From contig NZ_CANLMZ010000013.1 of NCBI RefSeq assembly GCF_947492645.1, forward strand, positions 10,195 through 74,194: DNA of 64,000 nucleotides, given 5' to 3'. The position numbers and the translations under genes were made by a program. Below the pieces are notes generated by a model. That model was not told the origin of the DNA and did not search any database. It saw nothing but the letters and a program-made list of their open reading frames with translations. Below, one piece after another: positions 9,470 through 20,224 of the stretch. Every line of letters starts with the position of its first letter. The first letter of the stretch is position 1. Origin of the DNA: an uncultured Pontibacter sp. (lineage in GTDB: Bacteria; Bacteroidota; Bacteroidia; Cytophagales; Hymenobacteraceae).

Positions 9470-11785
9470 ATGAAAAAACTTGTCCTGGGGGTACTGTTGC
9501 TTTCACCTGTAATCACGTTCGCACAATCAAAGCCGATTCAAAACCTGACCAAATATGTGAATCCTATGATTGGCACCGCTAAAATGGGGCATACTTACCC
9601 GGGCGCAACGGTGCCTTTTGGCATGGTGCAACTCAGCCCAGACACCGATACCATACCTTATGAAGTAAATGGCAAGTATAACAAAGACGTCTACAAGTAC
9701 TGCGCCGGCTATCAGCACGACGATAAAACAATCGTAGGATTCAGCCATACACACTTCAGCGGCACGGGCCACTCCGATTTAGGGGATTTCCTGATAGCGC
9801 CCACCACCGGTAAATTGCAGCTGAACCCCGGTACTGAAGACAAACCTGAGTCAGGTTATCGTTCCGCTTTTTCGCATGCAAATGAACTGGCAGAGCCCGC
9901 ATACTACAAAGTGAAGCTCGACGACCACAACATTCTGGCGGAGCTAACAGCAAGCAACCGCGTAGGCATGCACCAGTATACTTTCCCGAAATCAGATGAG
10001 GCCCATATTATACTTGACCTGATGGCGGGCATCTACAACTACGACGACAAAACCACCTGGACCTTTGTGCGGGTGGAGAACGACACCCTGATTACCGGAT
10101 ACCGCCAGACAAACGGATGGGCACGCACCCGCACTATGTATTTTGCTATGGCCTTTAGCAAGCCTTTTTACCAGTATGGCAACAAAGATTATTCGGAGGC
10201 GCAGGTGTACAAAGGCTTCTGGCGTAAGTTCGACCAAACCAAAAATTTCCCGGAGTTTGCCGGTAAAAAGCTGCGCGCTTACTTTGATTTTAAAACGGAG
10301 GAAGGAGAGAAGATAAAAATAAAATTTGCGCTATCGCCGGTAAGCACCGAGGGAGCCCTGGCTAACATGCAAGCCGAGATACCGCACTGGGATTTTGAGC
10401 GTGTAAAGCGTGAAGGACAAGCCGCCTGGAACAAAGAATTAAATAAAGTGGTGGTTGACGCTGGCAAAGACGATCTGGTGAATTTCTATACAGCCATGTA
10501 TCACTCGTTCCTGGGGCCAACCACTTACATGGATGTAGACGGCAAGTATAGAGGCCTTGACATGAACGTGCACCAGGCAGATGGCTTTACGAACTTCACC
10601 AGCTTCTCGCTTTGGGATACATACCGCGCGCTGCACCCGCTGTTCAGCATTTTGCAGCCTGCCCGCAACAACGACATGGTAAAGTCGATGTTGGCGCACT
10701 ACGACCAGAGCGTCCACAAAATGCTGCCTGTCTGGTCGCACCACGCCAACGAGAACTGGTGTATGATAGGCTACCATGCTGTGCCGGTTATTGCCGACAT
10801 GGTAATGAAAGGTGAGGCCAAGTTTGATGCAAACCGTGCCCTTGATGCCAGTATACAGACTGCTCGCACCCGCTACTACGATGGCCTGGAATATTATATG
10901 CAAATGGGGTATGTGCCTGAAGACAAAAATGGCTCGTCGGTATCAAAAACGTTGGAATATGCCTACGATGATTGGTGTATTGCGCAGATGGCGAAAAAGC
11001 TCAACCGCCAAGACATTTACGAAGAGTTCAGCAAGCGATCCCAGAACTATAAAAATGTGTACGATGCCAAATCCGGTTATATGCGCCCTAAGTTGAGCGA
11101 CGGCACTTGGAAAAAAGAATTTGACCCGCTTGACACACACGGACAAGGCTTTATTGAGGGCAACTCTTGGAACTACAGCTTGTATGTGCCACACGAACCG
11201 GCCCAAATGATTGCGATGATGGGAGGGAAGAAGCGCTTTGCCCAGCACCTGGACTCACTTTTTACCATGGACCTGCCAGACAAGTATTTCGAGAATACAG
11301 AGGATATTTCGAGAGACGGTATAATCGGTAATTATGTGCACGGCAACGAGCCTAGCCACCATGTAGCCTACCTTTACAATTGGACAGACCAACCCTGGAA
11401 AACACAGGAACGCACCCGCATGGTACTTAAGGCTATGTATAAACCTACTGTAGATGGCTTGGGTGGAAACGATGACTTTGGCCAGATGAGTGCCTGGTAT
11501 ATTTTCAGCGCGCTTGGATTTTACCCGGTAGCTCCCGGCTCTGACCATTATGCACTTACAAGCCCAGCGATTAAATCGGCAAGTATAAACCTGGAAAACG
11601 GCAAGACTTTTACTATAGAAACCAAAAACCAAAAGAACAATAACGTATTTATACAGAAATTAGAGTTAAACGGCCGAGCTATAAACCGTACTTATATAAC
11701 ACACGATGAGATCGTGAGCGGCGGTAAAATCACGTTTTACATGGACAGCAAGCCTAACAAAAAGCTGATGACCGTAGAACCTTAA
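9470..11785 (+). CDS. GH92-family glycoside hydrolase (alpha-mannosidase), secreted
   Basis: 771 aa with a signal peptide and GH92-typical blocks (VNPMIGT...GHTYPGATVPFGMVQLSPDT, GFSHTHFSGTG, LEYAYDDWCIAQMA, GNEPSHH, GNDDFGQMSAWY). Confidence 0.92.
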   Translation: MKKLVLGVLLLSPVITFAQSKPIQNLTKYVNPMIGTAKMGHTYPGATVPFGMVQLSPDTDTIPYEVNGKYNKDVYKYCAGYQHDDKTIVGFSHTHFSGTGHSDLGDFLIAPTTGKLQLNPGTEDKPESGYRSAFSHANELAEPAYYKVKLDDHNILAELTASNRVGMHQYTFPKSDEAHIILDLMAGIYNYDDKTTWTFVRVENDTLITGYRQTNGWARTRTMYFAMAFSKPFYQYGNKDYSEAQVYKGFWRKFDQTKNFPEFAGKKLRAYFDFKTEEGEKIKIKFALSPVSTEGALANMQAEIPHWDFERVKREGQAAWNKELNKVVVDAGKDDLVNFYTAMYHSFLGPTTYMDVDGKYRGLDMNVHQADGFTNFTSFSLWDTYRALHPLFSILQPARNNDMVKSMLAHYDQSVHKMLPVWSHHANENWCMIGYHAVPVIADMVMKGEAKFDANRALDASIQTARTRYYDGLEYYMQMGYVPEDKNGSSVSKTLEYAYDDWCIAQMAKKLNRQDIYEEFSKRSQNYKNVYDAKSGYMRPKLSDGTWKKEFDPLDTHGQGFIEGNSWNYSLYVPHEPAQMIAMMGGKKRFAQHLDSLFTMDLPDKYFENTEDISRDGIIGNYVHGNEPSHHVAYLYNWTDQPWKTQERTRMVLKAMYKPTVDGLGGNDDFGQMSAWYIFSALGFYPVAPGSDHYALTSPAIKSASINLENGKTFTIETKNQKNNNVFIQKLELNGRAINRTYITHDEIVSGGKITFYMDSKPNKKLMTVEP

Positions 11786-11808
11786 TAATTGAAACTATAG
11801 CTATGAGT

Positions 11809-11849
11809 AAACAAGAAAGCCTTTCCTGATTGGAAAGGCTTTCTTGTTT
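11809..11849. terminator. bidirectional hairpin terminator between convergent genes
   Basis: 18-bp perfect stem aaacaagaaagcctttcc / ggaaaggctttcttgttt with A/T runs built into both ends. It lies between GH92 (+) and the MFS transporter (-). Confidence 0.8.
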
Positions 11850-12009
11850 AGGTCTGAAAGATGTCGCAAGTTTAGCGATAGCGCAACTTGTGGCTAACTA
11901 TGGTGCCAGTTTGTAACTGGCGAAACTATAGTTCTGGAATCCGGCAGTTGCAAATTGCCGCCATACTTTACCACCAGTTACCGCTGCGCTCAAACTGGCA
12001 TTATATGAC

Positions 12010-13428
12010 CTACGTTTTCCTGATTTTATATCCAACAAAGCCATAGTATACGATAAATGCATAGCAGAGCATGGGTACTACAAAAGAGAGCTGCAGATTA
12101 CCAGAAACGTCAGCAAACAACCCTTGTAAGGGTGGTATAATTGCTCCTCCAACGATCGCCATAACTAAAAGCGATGATCCCTGGCTGGTGTTTCTGCCAA
12201 GACCTTTAATGGCTAAGTCGAAAATAGTCGGGAACATTACCGAATTGAATAGTCCGATGGCAATGATAGCCCACATAGCCAGCGAACCTTTTGCTAATAT
12301 TCCTACCAGTAATAAACCAATAACGGCTATGGCAAAAAAGGCAACTGTTCTGTTCGGGATGAATCTGGCAATCAGCAAGACAGCTAAGTTCAGCGCAATC
12401 AACCCAAGTATGATTAAGGCCTGATCGAGATCATATACCAGGTAAACAGTCAGGAAAGTGATCAGAGAAATAAATAGAATGAACACAAACTTACCAAACA
12501 GCTTGATGGTGCTTAACGCAATGGCTCCAAAGAAACGCCCGACCATGGCACCGCCCCAGTAAAAGGCCAGGTAATGCTTTGCCTCCGATTCTGACAAACC
12601 TGTAATCTGCGGTAGTTTGATGAAATTGATGATTGCACTACCTATACTTACCTCGCCGCCCACATACATAAATATGCAGATGATGCCCAATACCAAATGC
12701 CTGTGCTTTACGGCGCCTGCACCAGTTTCAATTTTGCCACTACCTTCCAGGCGGGGGAGGCGGGCTACTTTAATGAGAACGGCAATTAAAAGCAACAAGG
12801 CAGCCAAACCCAGGTACGGGAGTTTCACAGAGTCTGCATTGTCTATTTCAGTGGAGGCCACCTGGTCAAAAATAAGGTAACCGCCTATAATCGGGGCTAT
12901 GGTGGTGCCAAACGAGTTAACAGCCTGCGACAGGTTCATGCGGCTGGACGATGTATCTGGAGGGCCAAGTATTGCCACGTAAGGGTTAGCGGTTATCTGC
13001 AGAACCGTAATGCCTGATGCAAGTACAAACAGCGCCAGCAGGAAAAAGCCATAGTTATGTAAAACAGCCGCCGGGTAAAACAGCGTACAACCTGCCGCTG
13101 CTACTAGCAAACCGATAATGATGCCGTTTTTATACCCAATCTTAAGTATGGGATCTCCTTTGGTGGCAGAAAGCAAAAAGTATACTAACGAAACTATAAA
13201 GTATGCCCCGAAAAATGCTGTCTGAATAAGCATGGCCTGCCAAAGCTGTAGCGTAAACACCTGTTGCAGTTTAGGAATCAGGATGTCGTTCATGCAGGTG
13301 ATGAACCCCCACATAAAAAACAACATTGTTACTACAATAAGCGGGGTTGTAGAATTTTTGTAGTTCTGGGAAAGATCGACGTGCTTTGGAGTTGCCTCTT
13401 CAGCTGAGCTTGGTTTCAAGGAAGACAT
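12010..13428 (-). CDS. sugar MFS transporter (FucP / glucose-galactose transporter-like)
   Basis: 472 aa and about 12 predicted TM helices. The N-terminal block FFMWGFITCMNDILIPKL is typical of fucose/glucose/galactose:H+ symporters. Confidence 0.85.
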   Translation of the reverse strand: MSSLKPSSAEEATPKHVDLSQNYKNSTTPLIVVTMLFFMWGFITCMNDILIPKLQQVFTLQLWQAMLIQTAFFGAYFIVSLVYFLLSATKGDPILKIGYKNGIIIGLLVAAAGCTLFYPAAVLHNYGFFLLALFVLASGITVLQITANPYVAILGPPDTSSSRMNLSQAVNSFGTTIAPIIGGYLIFDQVASTEIDNADSVKLPYLGLAALLLLIAVLIKVARLPRLEGSGKIETGAGAVKHRHLVLGIICIFMYVGGEVSIGSAIINFIKLPQITGLSESEAKHYLAFYWGGAMVGRFFGAIALSTIKLFGKFVFILFISLITFLTVYLVYDLDQALIILGLIALNLAVLLIARFIPNRTVAFFAIAVIGLLLVGILAKGSLAMWAIIAIGLFNSVMFPTIFDLAIKGLGRNTSQGSSLLVMAIVGGAIIPPLQGLFADVSGNLQLSFVVPMLCYAFIVYYGFVGYKIRKT

Positions 13429-13461
13429 CAGGTTTGGGCTTTATAGGTCTTAAATAAGGGC

Positions 13462-15765
13462 TTATTGTTTGTCGTTGGAGAAAGAATAAGGTACGGCACT
13501 TTGCTCTGTGCCACGATGCTGGTTTGGTTCTGCCCCCATATCAAATTTAAGCTTACCGCCCTTCAGTATGTCTTCGTGCGAGATCCAGTTCTTTTCATAC
13601 TTTTTACCGTTTAAGGTGGCTTTTTGTATATACAGGTTTTCTTTGCTGTTAGCTGGTGCTTCAATAACAAATTCTTTTCCGTTTTCAAGTTTTATAGTTG
13701 TCTTTTTAAACAGAGGAGCCCCCACTACATATTGGTTTACGGCAGGTGTGACCGGGTAAAAGCCCATGGCTGAGAAAACATACCAGGCGGATGTCTGGCC
13801 ATTGTCTTCGTCGCCGCAGTAGCCGTCTGGTGTAGGCTGGTACATGCGGTTCATGGTTTCGCGTGCCCAGTATTGCGCTTTCCAGGGTTCTCCGGCATAG
13901 TTGTACAAGTAGATCATGTGCTGGATAGGCTGGTTTCCATGCGCATACTGGCCCATGTTGGCAATCTGCATTTCACGAATCTCATGGATCACACCGCCAT
14001 AGTAGCTTTCGTCATACTTCGGGGGAAGCGAAAAAACAGAATCCAGCTTGGCAACAAAATTCTTTTTGCCGCCCATCAGGTCTATGAGCCCTTGCACATC
14101 ATGGAACACCGACCAGCTGTAGTGCCAGCTGTTGCCCTCGGTAAAGGCATCGCCCCACTTAAACGGGTTAAACGGCGACTGGAAAGACCCATCCTGGTTT
14201 TTACCGCGCATTAGCCCGGTCGTAGGGTCAAAAAGGTTGCGGTAGTTCTGGCTGCGTTTAGCGTAAAGGTCGATTTCTGATTGTGGTCTGTTAAGTGCTT
14301 TGGCAAGCTGGTAAATGGCAAAATCATCATAAGCATACTCCAGCGTGCGGGCAGCATTCTCGTTTATTTTTACATCGTAAGGCACGTAACCCAGTTTGTT
14401 GTAATATTCCACACCTGCACGACCAATGGCGGTAATGGGGCCTTCATTGTTCGCGCCATGCAACAGGGCTTCATAAAGGGTATTAATGTCGTATCCACGC
14501 AGCCCTTTTATGTGGGCATCGGCCACTACAGAGGCAGAGTTGTTGCCAACCATAATATTGGCATACCCGGGGCTGGACCACTCAGGCAGCCATCCGCCCT
14601 CTTTATAGTCGTTTACCAAGCCCGCTTGCATTTCTTTGTTTATACTTGGGTAAGTCAGATTCAGGAAAGGGTAAAGTGCCCTGAAAGTATCCCAAAAGCC
14701 CGTGCCTGCAAAGCGGTAGCCAGGGTATACTTTCCCATCATATGGGCTGTAGTGTACAGCGTTGCCATCGGCATCTAACTCATACATTTTGTGCGGAAAG
14801 AACAGCGTGCGGTACAGGCAGCTGTAGAATGTTCTCATTTGCTCGTCGGTGCCGCCTTCTACGGTAATCCGGCTCATGGCCTGGTTCCAAAGCGACTTTG
14901 CTTTCTGCTTAGTAGCTTCAAAACCATCAGAAGCCAATTCGCGCTTCAAGTTCAGCTCGGCCTGCTCCAGGCTAATAAAAGACGATGCAACGCGCAGGTT
15001 TACTTTTTCACCTTTGGCAGTTTTAAAACCAACAACTGCACCGGCATGATGCGCGTTCATCTCCAGCTTATCTTTAACAAGCGTTGTGTCATGCCAGGTA
15101 TAGGCTACTGTGAAGGGTTTATCAGTATAGATTACAAAGTAATTTTTAAAGTTTTTTGGGTTGCTGCGTGCGTTTTTGGTGGTGTACCCTATTATTTTGT
15201 TTTCGGAGGGTATAACCTTTACGTATGAGCCTTTGTCCAGCGCATCAATCACTATAAATGAACTATCAGACTTTGGATAAGTAAAGCGGAACTGGGCAGC
15301 ACGCTCCGTTGGTGTAAATTCGGTGGTAACGTCGTGGTCGGCAAGGTATACGCTGTAGTAGTATGGTTTTGCCACTTCTGATTTGTGGGAGAACCAGCTA
15401 GCCCTTTCATCCTGGTTAAAGCGTAATTTGCCTGTTACCGGCATTAGCACGAACTGGCCATAATCATTCATCCATGGCGATGGCTGGTGCGTTTGCTTAA
15501 ACCCCCTGATCTTATCATCGTCATAAGTATAGGCCCAACCATTTCCCATTTTGCCGGTTTGCGCCGTCCATAGGTTCATGCCCCAAGGTACAGCCACGGC
15601 AGGGTAGGTGTTTCCATTAGATAGGCTTACTTTAGAATCTGTGCCCATCAGCGGGTTTGCCAATTCTTCAGGTTCAAAGTGAGGATTCTTTTTTTGTGCC
15701 AGCATCATGGATGGGAATACTAACACGAAGACCAGAAGTATGAGAGGGAGTAAGCCTTTATTCAT
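13462..15765 (-). CDS. GH92-family glycoside hydrolase (alpha-mannosidase), secreted
   Basis: 767 aa with a signal peptide and GH92 blocks (GNTYPAVAVPWGM, LEYAYDDFAIYQLA, HGNQPIQH, GDEDNGQTSAWY). It is a paralogue of 9470..11785. Confidence 0.92.
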   Translation of the reverse strand: MNKGLLPLILLVFVLVFPSMMLAQKKNPHFEPEELANPLMGTDSKVSLSNGNTYPAVAVPWGMNLWTAQTGKMGNGWAYTYDDDKIRGFKQTHQPSPWMNDYGQFVLMPVTGKLRFNQDERASWFSHKSEVAKPYYYSVYLADHDVTTEFTPTERAAQFRFTYPKSDSSFIVIDALDKGSYVKVIPSENKIIGYTTKNARSNPKNFKNYFVIYTDKPFTVAYTWHDTTLVKDKLEMNAHHAGAVVGFKTAKGEKVNLRVASSFISLEQAELNLKRELASDGFEATKQKAKSLWNQAMSRITVEGGTDEQMRTFYSCLYRTLFFPHKMYELDADGNAVHYSPYDGKVYPGYRFAGTGFWDTFRALYPFLNLTYPSINKEMQAGLVNDYKEGGWLPEWSSPGYANIMVGNNSASVVADAHIKGLRGYDINTLYEALLHGANNEGPITAIGRAGVEYYNKLGYVPYDVKINENAARTLEYAYDDFAIYQLAKALNRPQSEIDLYAKRSQNYRNLFDPTTGLMRGKNQDGSFQSPFNPFKWGDAFTEGNSWHYSWSVFHDVQGLIDLMGGKKNFVAKLDSVFSLPPKYDESYYGGVIHEIREMQIANMGQYAHGNQPIQHMIYLYNYAGEPWKAQYWARETMNRMYQPTPDGYCGDEDNGQTSAWYVFSAMGFYPVTPAVNQYVVGAPLFKKTTIKLENGKEFVIEAPANSKENLYIQKATLNGKKYEKNWISHEDILKGGKLKFDMGAEPNQHRGTEQSAVPYSFSNDKQ

Positions 15766-16263
15766 GTGATGCCAGTTAGATTTGGTGCAAATATGCTAAG
15801 CAACTAATATAGTAAAGCTAACAATTTTTGTGAAGTTCCACCGCTAACATGTTTATGTTGCTGTTAGATATTACTACTAGCTTATACTCTTTATTATCCT
15901 GGCAAAGTGAAATCAGGCTCTATTTACTTGAAATGGCTTTTAAATAAAAGTAAACTTCAGGGTTGAGTTACGGAGCATTATACACGAGGATGTTAGCGCT
16001 TTCAGAGAAACATTTAGAAGCTTTTACGCATTATCCTTATATACTTAGGGCTTGGGTAGAATTTCTATGAGAACAATCTGAAATAGTAACGGATCGGGTG
16101 GAATTACATAATCGGAACAAAGTTGTTTTTAACAGTAAAGATGTTTCGATAAATCTGTTATAAGTAATGGTGCAAATTTGGTAATAGCCAAAGTATAGAA
16201 TATGCTAAATTGCATGCATCTGTTTTACCGGTATTTATATGGCTCTGCCTAAACAAACCTTAT

Positions 16264-16845
16264 ATGTACGAACTGTTCTTCCAGAAATTCAATGAAAAAG
16301 TAGCACTCTCACCTCAAGAACAGGAGCAAATAAAGGTATACTTAACGCCGAAGAAACTGCGCAAAAGACAGTACCTGTTGCAGGAAGGAGATGTGTGCAA
16401 ATCCATTGCTTTTGTAGAAAAGGGGGCTTTGCGCGCCTACACGGTTGATGAGAACATGAATGAGCACATCATTCAGTTTGCCATAGAAAGCTGGACGATC
16501 TCGGACCTGTTCAGTTACCTGACGGCTGAGCCTGCCACTTATAACATCGATTCCTTGGAAGATGCAGAACTGGTACTGATCACCCGTTCTGCCCACGAAG
16601 AACTTCTAAGAACCCAGCCAAAATACGAGACTTACATCCGCCTGCTTATTACAGGTGCTTACATTGCTTTGCAACGGCGACTCTCATCCAACATCAGCCA
16701 GCCGGCAGAAGAACGCTACACCCGCTTTACAGATACCTACCCTGCTATTGCCCAGCGCGTGCCGCAACACATGATTGCTTCCTACTTAGGCCTGACACCT
16801 GAAACCCTGAGCCGGATACGCAAGAAAATGGCTGAGCGCAGGTAA
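16264..16845 (+). CDS. Crp/Fnr-family transcriptional regulator
   Basis: cNMP-binding-like N-terminal domain (RKRQYLLQEGDVCKSIAFVEKGALRAY) and a C-terminal HTH (IASYLGLTPETLSRIRKK). The start is moved to the ATG at 16264 inside the 16210 ORF. Confidence 0.85.
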   Translation: MYELFFQKFNEKVALSPQEQEQIKVYLTPKKLRKRQYLLQEGDVCKSIAFVEKGALRAYTVDENMNEHIIQFAIESWTISDLFSYLTAEPATYNIDSLEDAELVLITRSAHEELLRTQPKYETYIRLLITGAYIALQRRLSSNISQPAEERYTRFTDTYPAIAQRVPQHMIASYLGLTPETLSRIRKKMAERR

Positions 16846-16943
16846 TTTTCCTTTTCTCCCTTGATAAATGTCAAGGTTCTTTCTTGACATGGCGCAATGC
16901 GCCGAGCCCTTGTTTGGCTGTACCTTTGTATTGTAAGAAGCTC

Positions 16944-17159
16944 ATGCCTATGAAGACAATACAAACCATCGCCATCATAGGCGCTTCCGGAAACATGGGA
17001 ATTGCCATATTCAGGGGGCTGGCAAAGGGTAACTATATACTGCTGCTTTGTGTCAACGATCTGCGCAAAGTGAAGGCAGTAGCCAACCAGAAGATCGTAA
17101 TCAGCTTTGCCAACCTATGTCAGAAGACTTTCGATGGAGTAGTGCAGCAAGCTATTTGA
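16944..17159 (+). pseudogene. possible truncated Rossmann-fold (NAD(P)-binding) gene remnant
   Basis: About 72 codons beginning MPMKTIQTIAIIGASGNMGIAIFRGLAKG (G-x-S-G-x-x-G dinucleotide-binding start). The ORF ends far short of any complete dehydrogenase domain. Confidence 0.25.
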
Positions 17160-17214
17160 ATTTGACTTAAAAGACACCGGATTTTCAGCCTATGACAGCT
17201 ATCAAACCAACACC

Positions 17215-18096
17215 ATGCGTCGGGACCAATTTATAAGAACATTAATAACAGGAGTAGTAGGTATGAGCACATTATCAGCATTTAATAGATTTACAGATAA
17301 CCTGAGCAAGCAGGAGCAACTCATGCCGGTTTTATTTGTGGGCCATGGCTCACCGATGAACGGTATTGAAGACAATGCCTTTAGCCAATACTGGAAAAAG
17401 CTGGCCAAAGAAATGCCCACACCCAAAGCAGTGCTGGTGGTGTCGGCACATTGGCTGAGCAAAGGCACCCGCATTACGGCCATGGATTTCCCGAAAACCA
17501 TCCACGATTTCGGAGGTTTTCCGCAGGAATTATTTGATGTGCAGTATAATGCACCTGGCAACCCGGCGCTGGCTAAAGAAACGGCTTCTATCATTAAATC
17601 GGCAGAGGTAGAACTGGACCACGACTGGGGCTTAGACCACGGCGCTTGGACCATTGTACGGCACATGTACCCCGACGCCAATATACCCGTGCTGCAGTTA
17701 AGTATAGATTATACCAAAGGCCCGCAGTACCACTACGACCTGGCAAAAGAATTAGCCGGCTTGCGCAAAAAAGGCGTACTGATTATGGGCAGCGGCAACA
17801 TGGTGCACAACCTGCGCATGGTAGCCTGGGACAGACTGAACGACGATGAATACGGCTATGACTGGGCCAAACAGATAAATTCCACTTTTAAGGAAATGAT
17901 CAGCAATGGGCATCATGATAAGTTGATAAAGTATGAGCAGCTGGGCAAGGAAGCGATGATGGCCATTCCGACGCCGGAACATTACTGGCCGCTAATGTAC
18001 ACGCTGGGGCTGCAAGGAAACAAGGATGATGTATCTTTCTTCAACGATAAAGTGGTAGGTGGTTCGCTGACCATGACCTCTGTGAAGATAGGGTAG
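17215..18096 (+). CDS. LigB-family extradiol ring-cleavage dioxygenase (4,5-DOPA dioxygenase/YgiD-like)
   Basis: 293 aa with blocks PVLFVGHGSPMN, VSAHW, DHGAW and GSGNMVHNL, which are characteristic of class III extradiol dioxygenases. The N-terminus looks Tat/signal-like (MRRDQFIRTLITGVVG). Confidence 0.85.
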   Translation: MRRDQFIRTLITGVVGMSTLSAFNRFTDNLSKQEQLMPVLFVGHGSPMNGIEDNAFSQYWKKLAKEMPTPKAVLVVSAHWLSKGTRITAMDFPKTIHDFGGFPQELFDVQYNAPGNPALAKETASIIKSAEVELDHDWGLDHGAWTIVRHMYPDANIPVLQLSIDYTKGPQYHYDLAKELAGLRKKGVLIMGSGNMVHNLRMVAWDRLNDDEYGYDWAKQINSTFKEMISNGHHDKLIKYEQLGKEAMMAIPTPEHYWPLMYTLGLQGNKDDVSFFNDKVVGGSLTMTSVKIG

Positions 18097-18326
18097 GGCA
18101 TCAGTCAATTTAAACTAAAAGCTATGGCAATTACAGAAAATATAAAACAGAACACGCTACAATATAGCCTGACATTAGATTACCTGCTGCGCCTAGCTAC
18201 TGGGGAGTAGCTGAAGGAATCTGCTGATAAGGACTAAGGTATAATAAACTATAGCCAGCTGCAGCAACTAAGTATAGCTACTCATTAAAAGAACAAATTA
18301 ACACATTGACTATAAATTAAAAATCT

Positions 18327-19184
18327 ATGAAAATTGGAATTACAGGTGCCACAGGTCAGTTAGGAAGACTTGTTGTATCGAAACTAAAAGATAAAGTGGC
18401 GACTGATAAAATTGTTGCACTTGTACGTACACCGCAAAAAGCTGAAGGTTTAGGGGTTGAAGTACGCGAAGCCGATTATACAAAACCGGAGACGCTGCAT
18501 AAAGCTCTCCAGGGAATTGACATACTGCTTTTGATTTCGTCAAGTGAAGTAGGGCAGCGTGCCACCCAGCATAAAAATGTATTGGGAGCTGCAAAGCAAG
18601 CCAATGTAAAACACATAGTTTATACAAGCCTGCTACATGCCGACACATCTACGTTGAGCCTAGCCGATGAGCACCTGGCTACAGAAAGGATGCTGAAGGA
18701 AACAGGGATAGCACATACCATTTTACGTAACGGCTGGTACACCGAAAATTATACTGGCGCTATACAAGGGGCTCTTACCGGTGGCGCTTTTATTGGCAGC
18801 GCCGGTGATGGTAGAATTTCATCCGCCTCCCGCGAAGATTATGCAGACGCCGCCGTCGCTGTGCTGACAGATGAGGAGCATAAAGGTAAAGTTTACGAAT
18901 TGGCCGGAGACGAAGCGTATACCCTTAGCGATCTCGCTGCAGAAATCTCCCGCCAGTACGGCCAGGACATCCCCTATAAAAATTTACCTGAAGCCGATTA
19001 CGCTACTGCATTAGCAGGATTTGGATTACCTGAAGGACTGGCAGGTGCTATTGCAGGTTGGGATGTAGCTGCATCTAAAGGTGCTTTGTTCGACGAAAGT
19101 CGTCAGCTTTCCAAACTGATAGGGCGCCCAACAACGCCTATGGCTAAGACAGTTGCGGCTGCGTTACAAGCTACCATTAATTGA
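18327..19184 (+). CDS. NmrA-like / atypical SDR NAD(P)H-binding oxidoreductase (YtfG/QorB-like)
   Basis: 285 aa with N-terminal MKIGITGATGQLGRLV. Length and the LRNGWYTENY block resemble NAD(P)H:quinone oxidoreductase type 2. Confidence 0.8.
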   Translation: MKIGITGATGQLGRLVVSKLKDKVATDKIVALVRTPQKAEGLGVEVREADYTKPETLHKALQGIDILLLISSSEVGQRATQHKNVLGAAKQANVKHIVYTSLLHADTSTLSLADEHLATERMLKETGIAHTILRNGWYTENYTGAIQGALTGGAFIGSAGDGRISSASREDYADAAVAVLTDEEHKGKVYELAGDEAYTLSDLAAEISRQYGQDIPYKNLPEADYATALAGFGLPEGLAGAIAGWDVAASKGALFDESRQLSKLIGRPTTPMAKTVAAALQATIN

Positions 19185-19323
19185 TACTTGTAATTTATAC
19201 TTAGGTAAAAAAGGCCAACTCAGTTGGTAAGTTGGTATCGAAACAGATAAGAGAGGTTTCGGAAAGGGCGACTGACAGGTTGAACAATAGTTTAAAAAGT
19301 CTACCAAAAGGGGGGATTACAAA

Positions 19324-19364
19324 AGGGAACAGCCTCTCCATTAAATGGAGAGGCTGTTCCCTTT
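19324..19364 (+). terminator. rho-independent terminator marking the end of the backbone segment
   Basis: 16-bp perfect stem gggaacagcctctcca / tggagaggctgttccc with a 5-nt loop (ttaaa), followed directly by tttt. Confidence 0.85.
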
Positions 19365-19598
19365 TAGTAGACCAAAGGATGGAATTATCGAACCATTTCC
19401 ACAGTGATTTGGCTGCAATGGTAAGCTATTTGGGATAAGCCTAACTTAAAAGAATGGCTATCAACTAAGGTTTTATAAGTTCTCAAGAAGCTAAAGCGCA
19501 AGGGGAAGGAACCAGCCTATTTTCAGCTTCCAATGTAAATTTTCAGCAAATTAAAACACTAGGCAGCACCCTTAGGCTGTTGCTATTTCAGGTGATCT

Positions 19599-20057
19599 CT
19601 ACCAGTTCACCATATACTGATAAGGAACGCCCGCTTCATAATCATCCTCATCAATTCCCAGATCATCTCCGACGTAATTGTCCACATAGTTGGTCATCCG
19701 GCATTCCTCAAATGTAAGGTAGCCTTGAATGTAACCGCCCTTATCCCAGCTCTCCCCGGTGCGTTTCATATACTCTTTTTTGAGGAGAGCATATTCCTGA
19801 GGAGCGCCTAAGTAATAGAAGCCTGAGGAACATCTGAAAAAGCCATGTTCTCTTTGATGAGTCCAATAAATATCCAAATTCTTACCGGCTATTCCCTTGT
19901 TCTTCTCTATTTCTTTTTCCAGGTTCACCAGCACTTCGATCAGGTTATAATCGCTAAGCGCGCTTATGTCCACCACCTCTTGTAGATGGTCAATTATTTT
20001 GCTGCAGTAGGTAGGCTCACTAATAGAATGTAAGTGTGCGTTGGCTTCGAAAAACAT
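19599..20057 (-). CDS. hypothetical acidic protein, paralogue of 20579..21010
   Basis: 152-aa ORF. It shares a block with the divergent neighbour (LLKKEYMKRTGESWD versus MLKREFNKRTGQEWD, plus a preceding L..LE.E helix). I recognise no known domain. Confidence 0.6.
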   Translation of the reverse strand: MFFEANAHLHSISEPTYCSKIIDHLQEVVDISALSDYNLIEVLVNLEKEIEKNKGIAGKNLDIYWTHQREHGFFRCSSGFYYLGAPQEYALLKKEYMKRTGESWDKGGYIQGYLTFEECRMTNYVDNYVGDDLGIDEDDYEAGVPYQYMVNW

Positions 20058-20224
20058 GTGTTTAAAGTTTAAAAGTTAGAAGTGTATTTGTGCTGTCTGA
20101 CGACGGAATCGGGAGACAGCCAATATACAAAGTAGGTCCTCACTTGTTACGCTGCCCTGGCTGTTATCAGAATTACCTTGCTTGAGGAGCTGAATTATGT
20201 AAGGATTTAACCCTGGTAAAAAGA

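Noticed and set aside
19232-19438. 68-aa ORF just after the NmrA-like gene.
   Set aside because: It spans the 16-bp-stem terminator hairpin at 19324-19364 and has no start context or motif, so it is most likely non-coding.
19185-19600. Search for a tRNA gene or att site at the island's left border.
   Set aside because: Reading both strands by eye, I found no cloverleaf-compatible sequence and no conserved T-loop (GTTCRANYC) or D-loop. Only the terminator hairpin is present.
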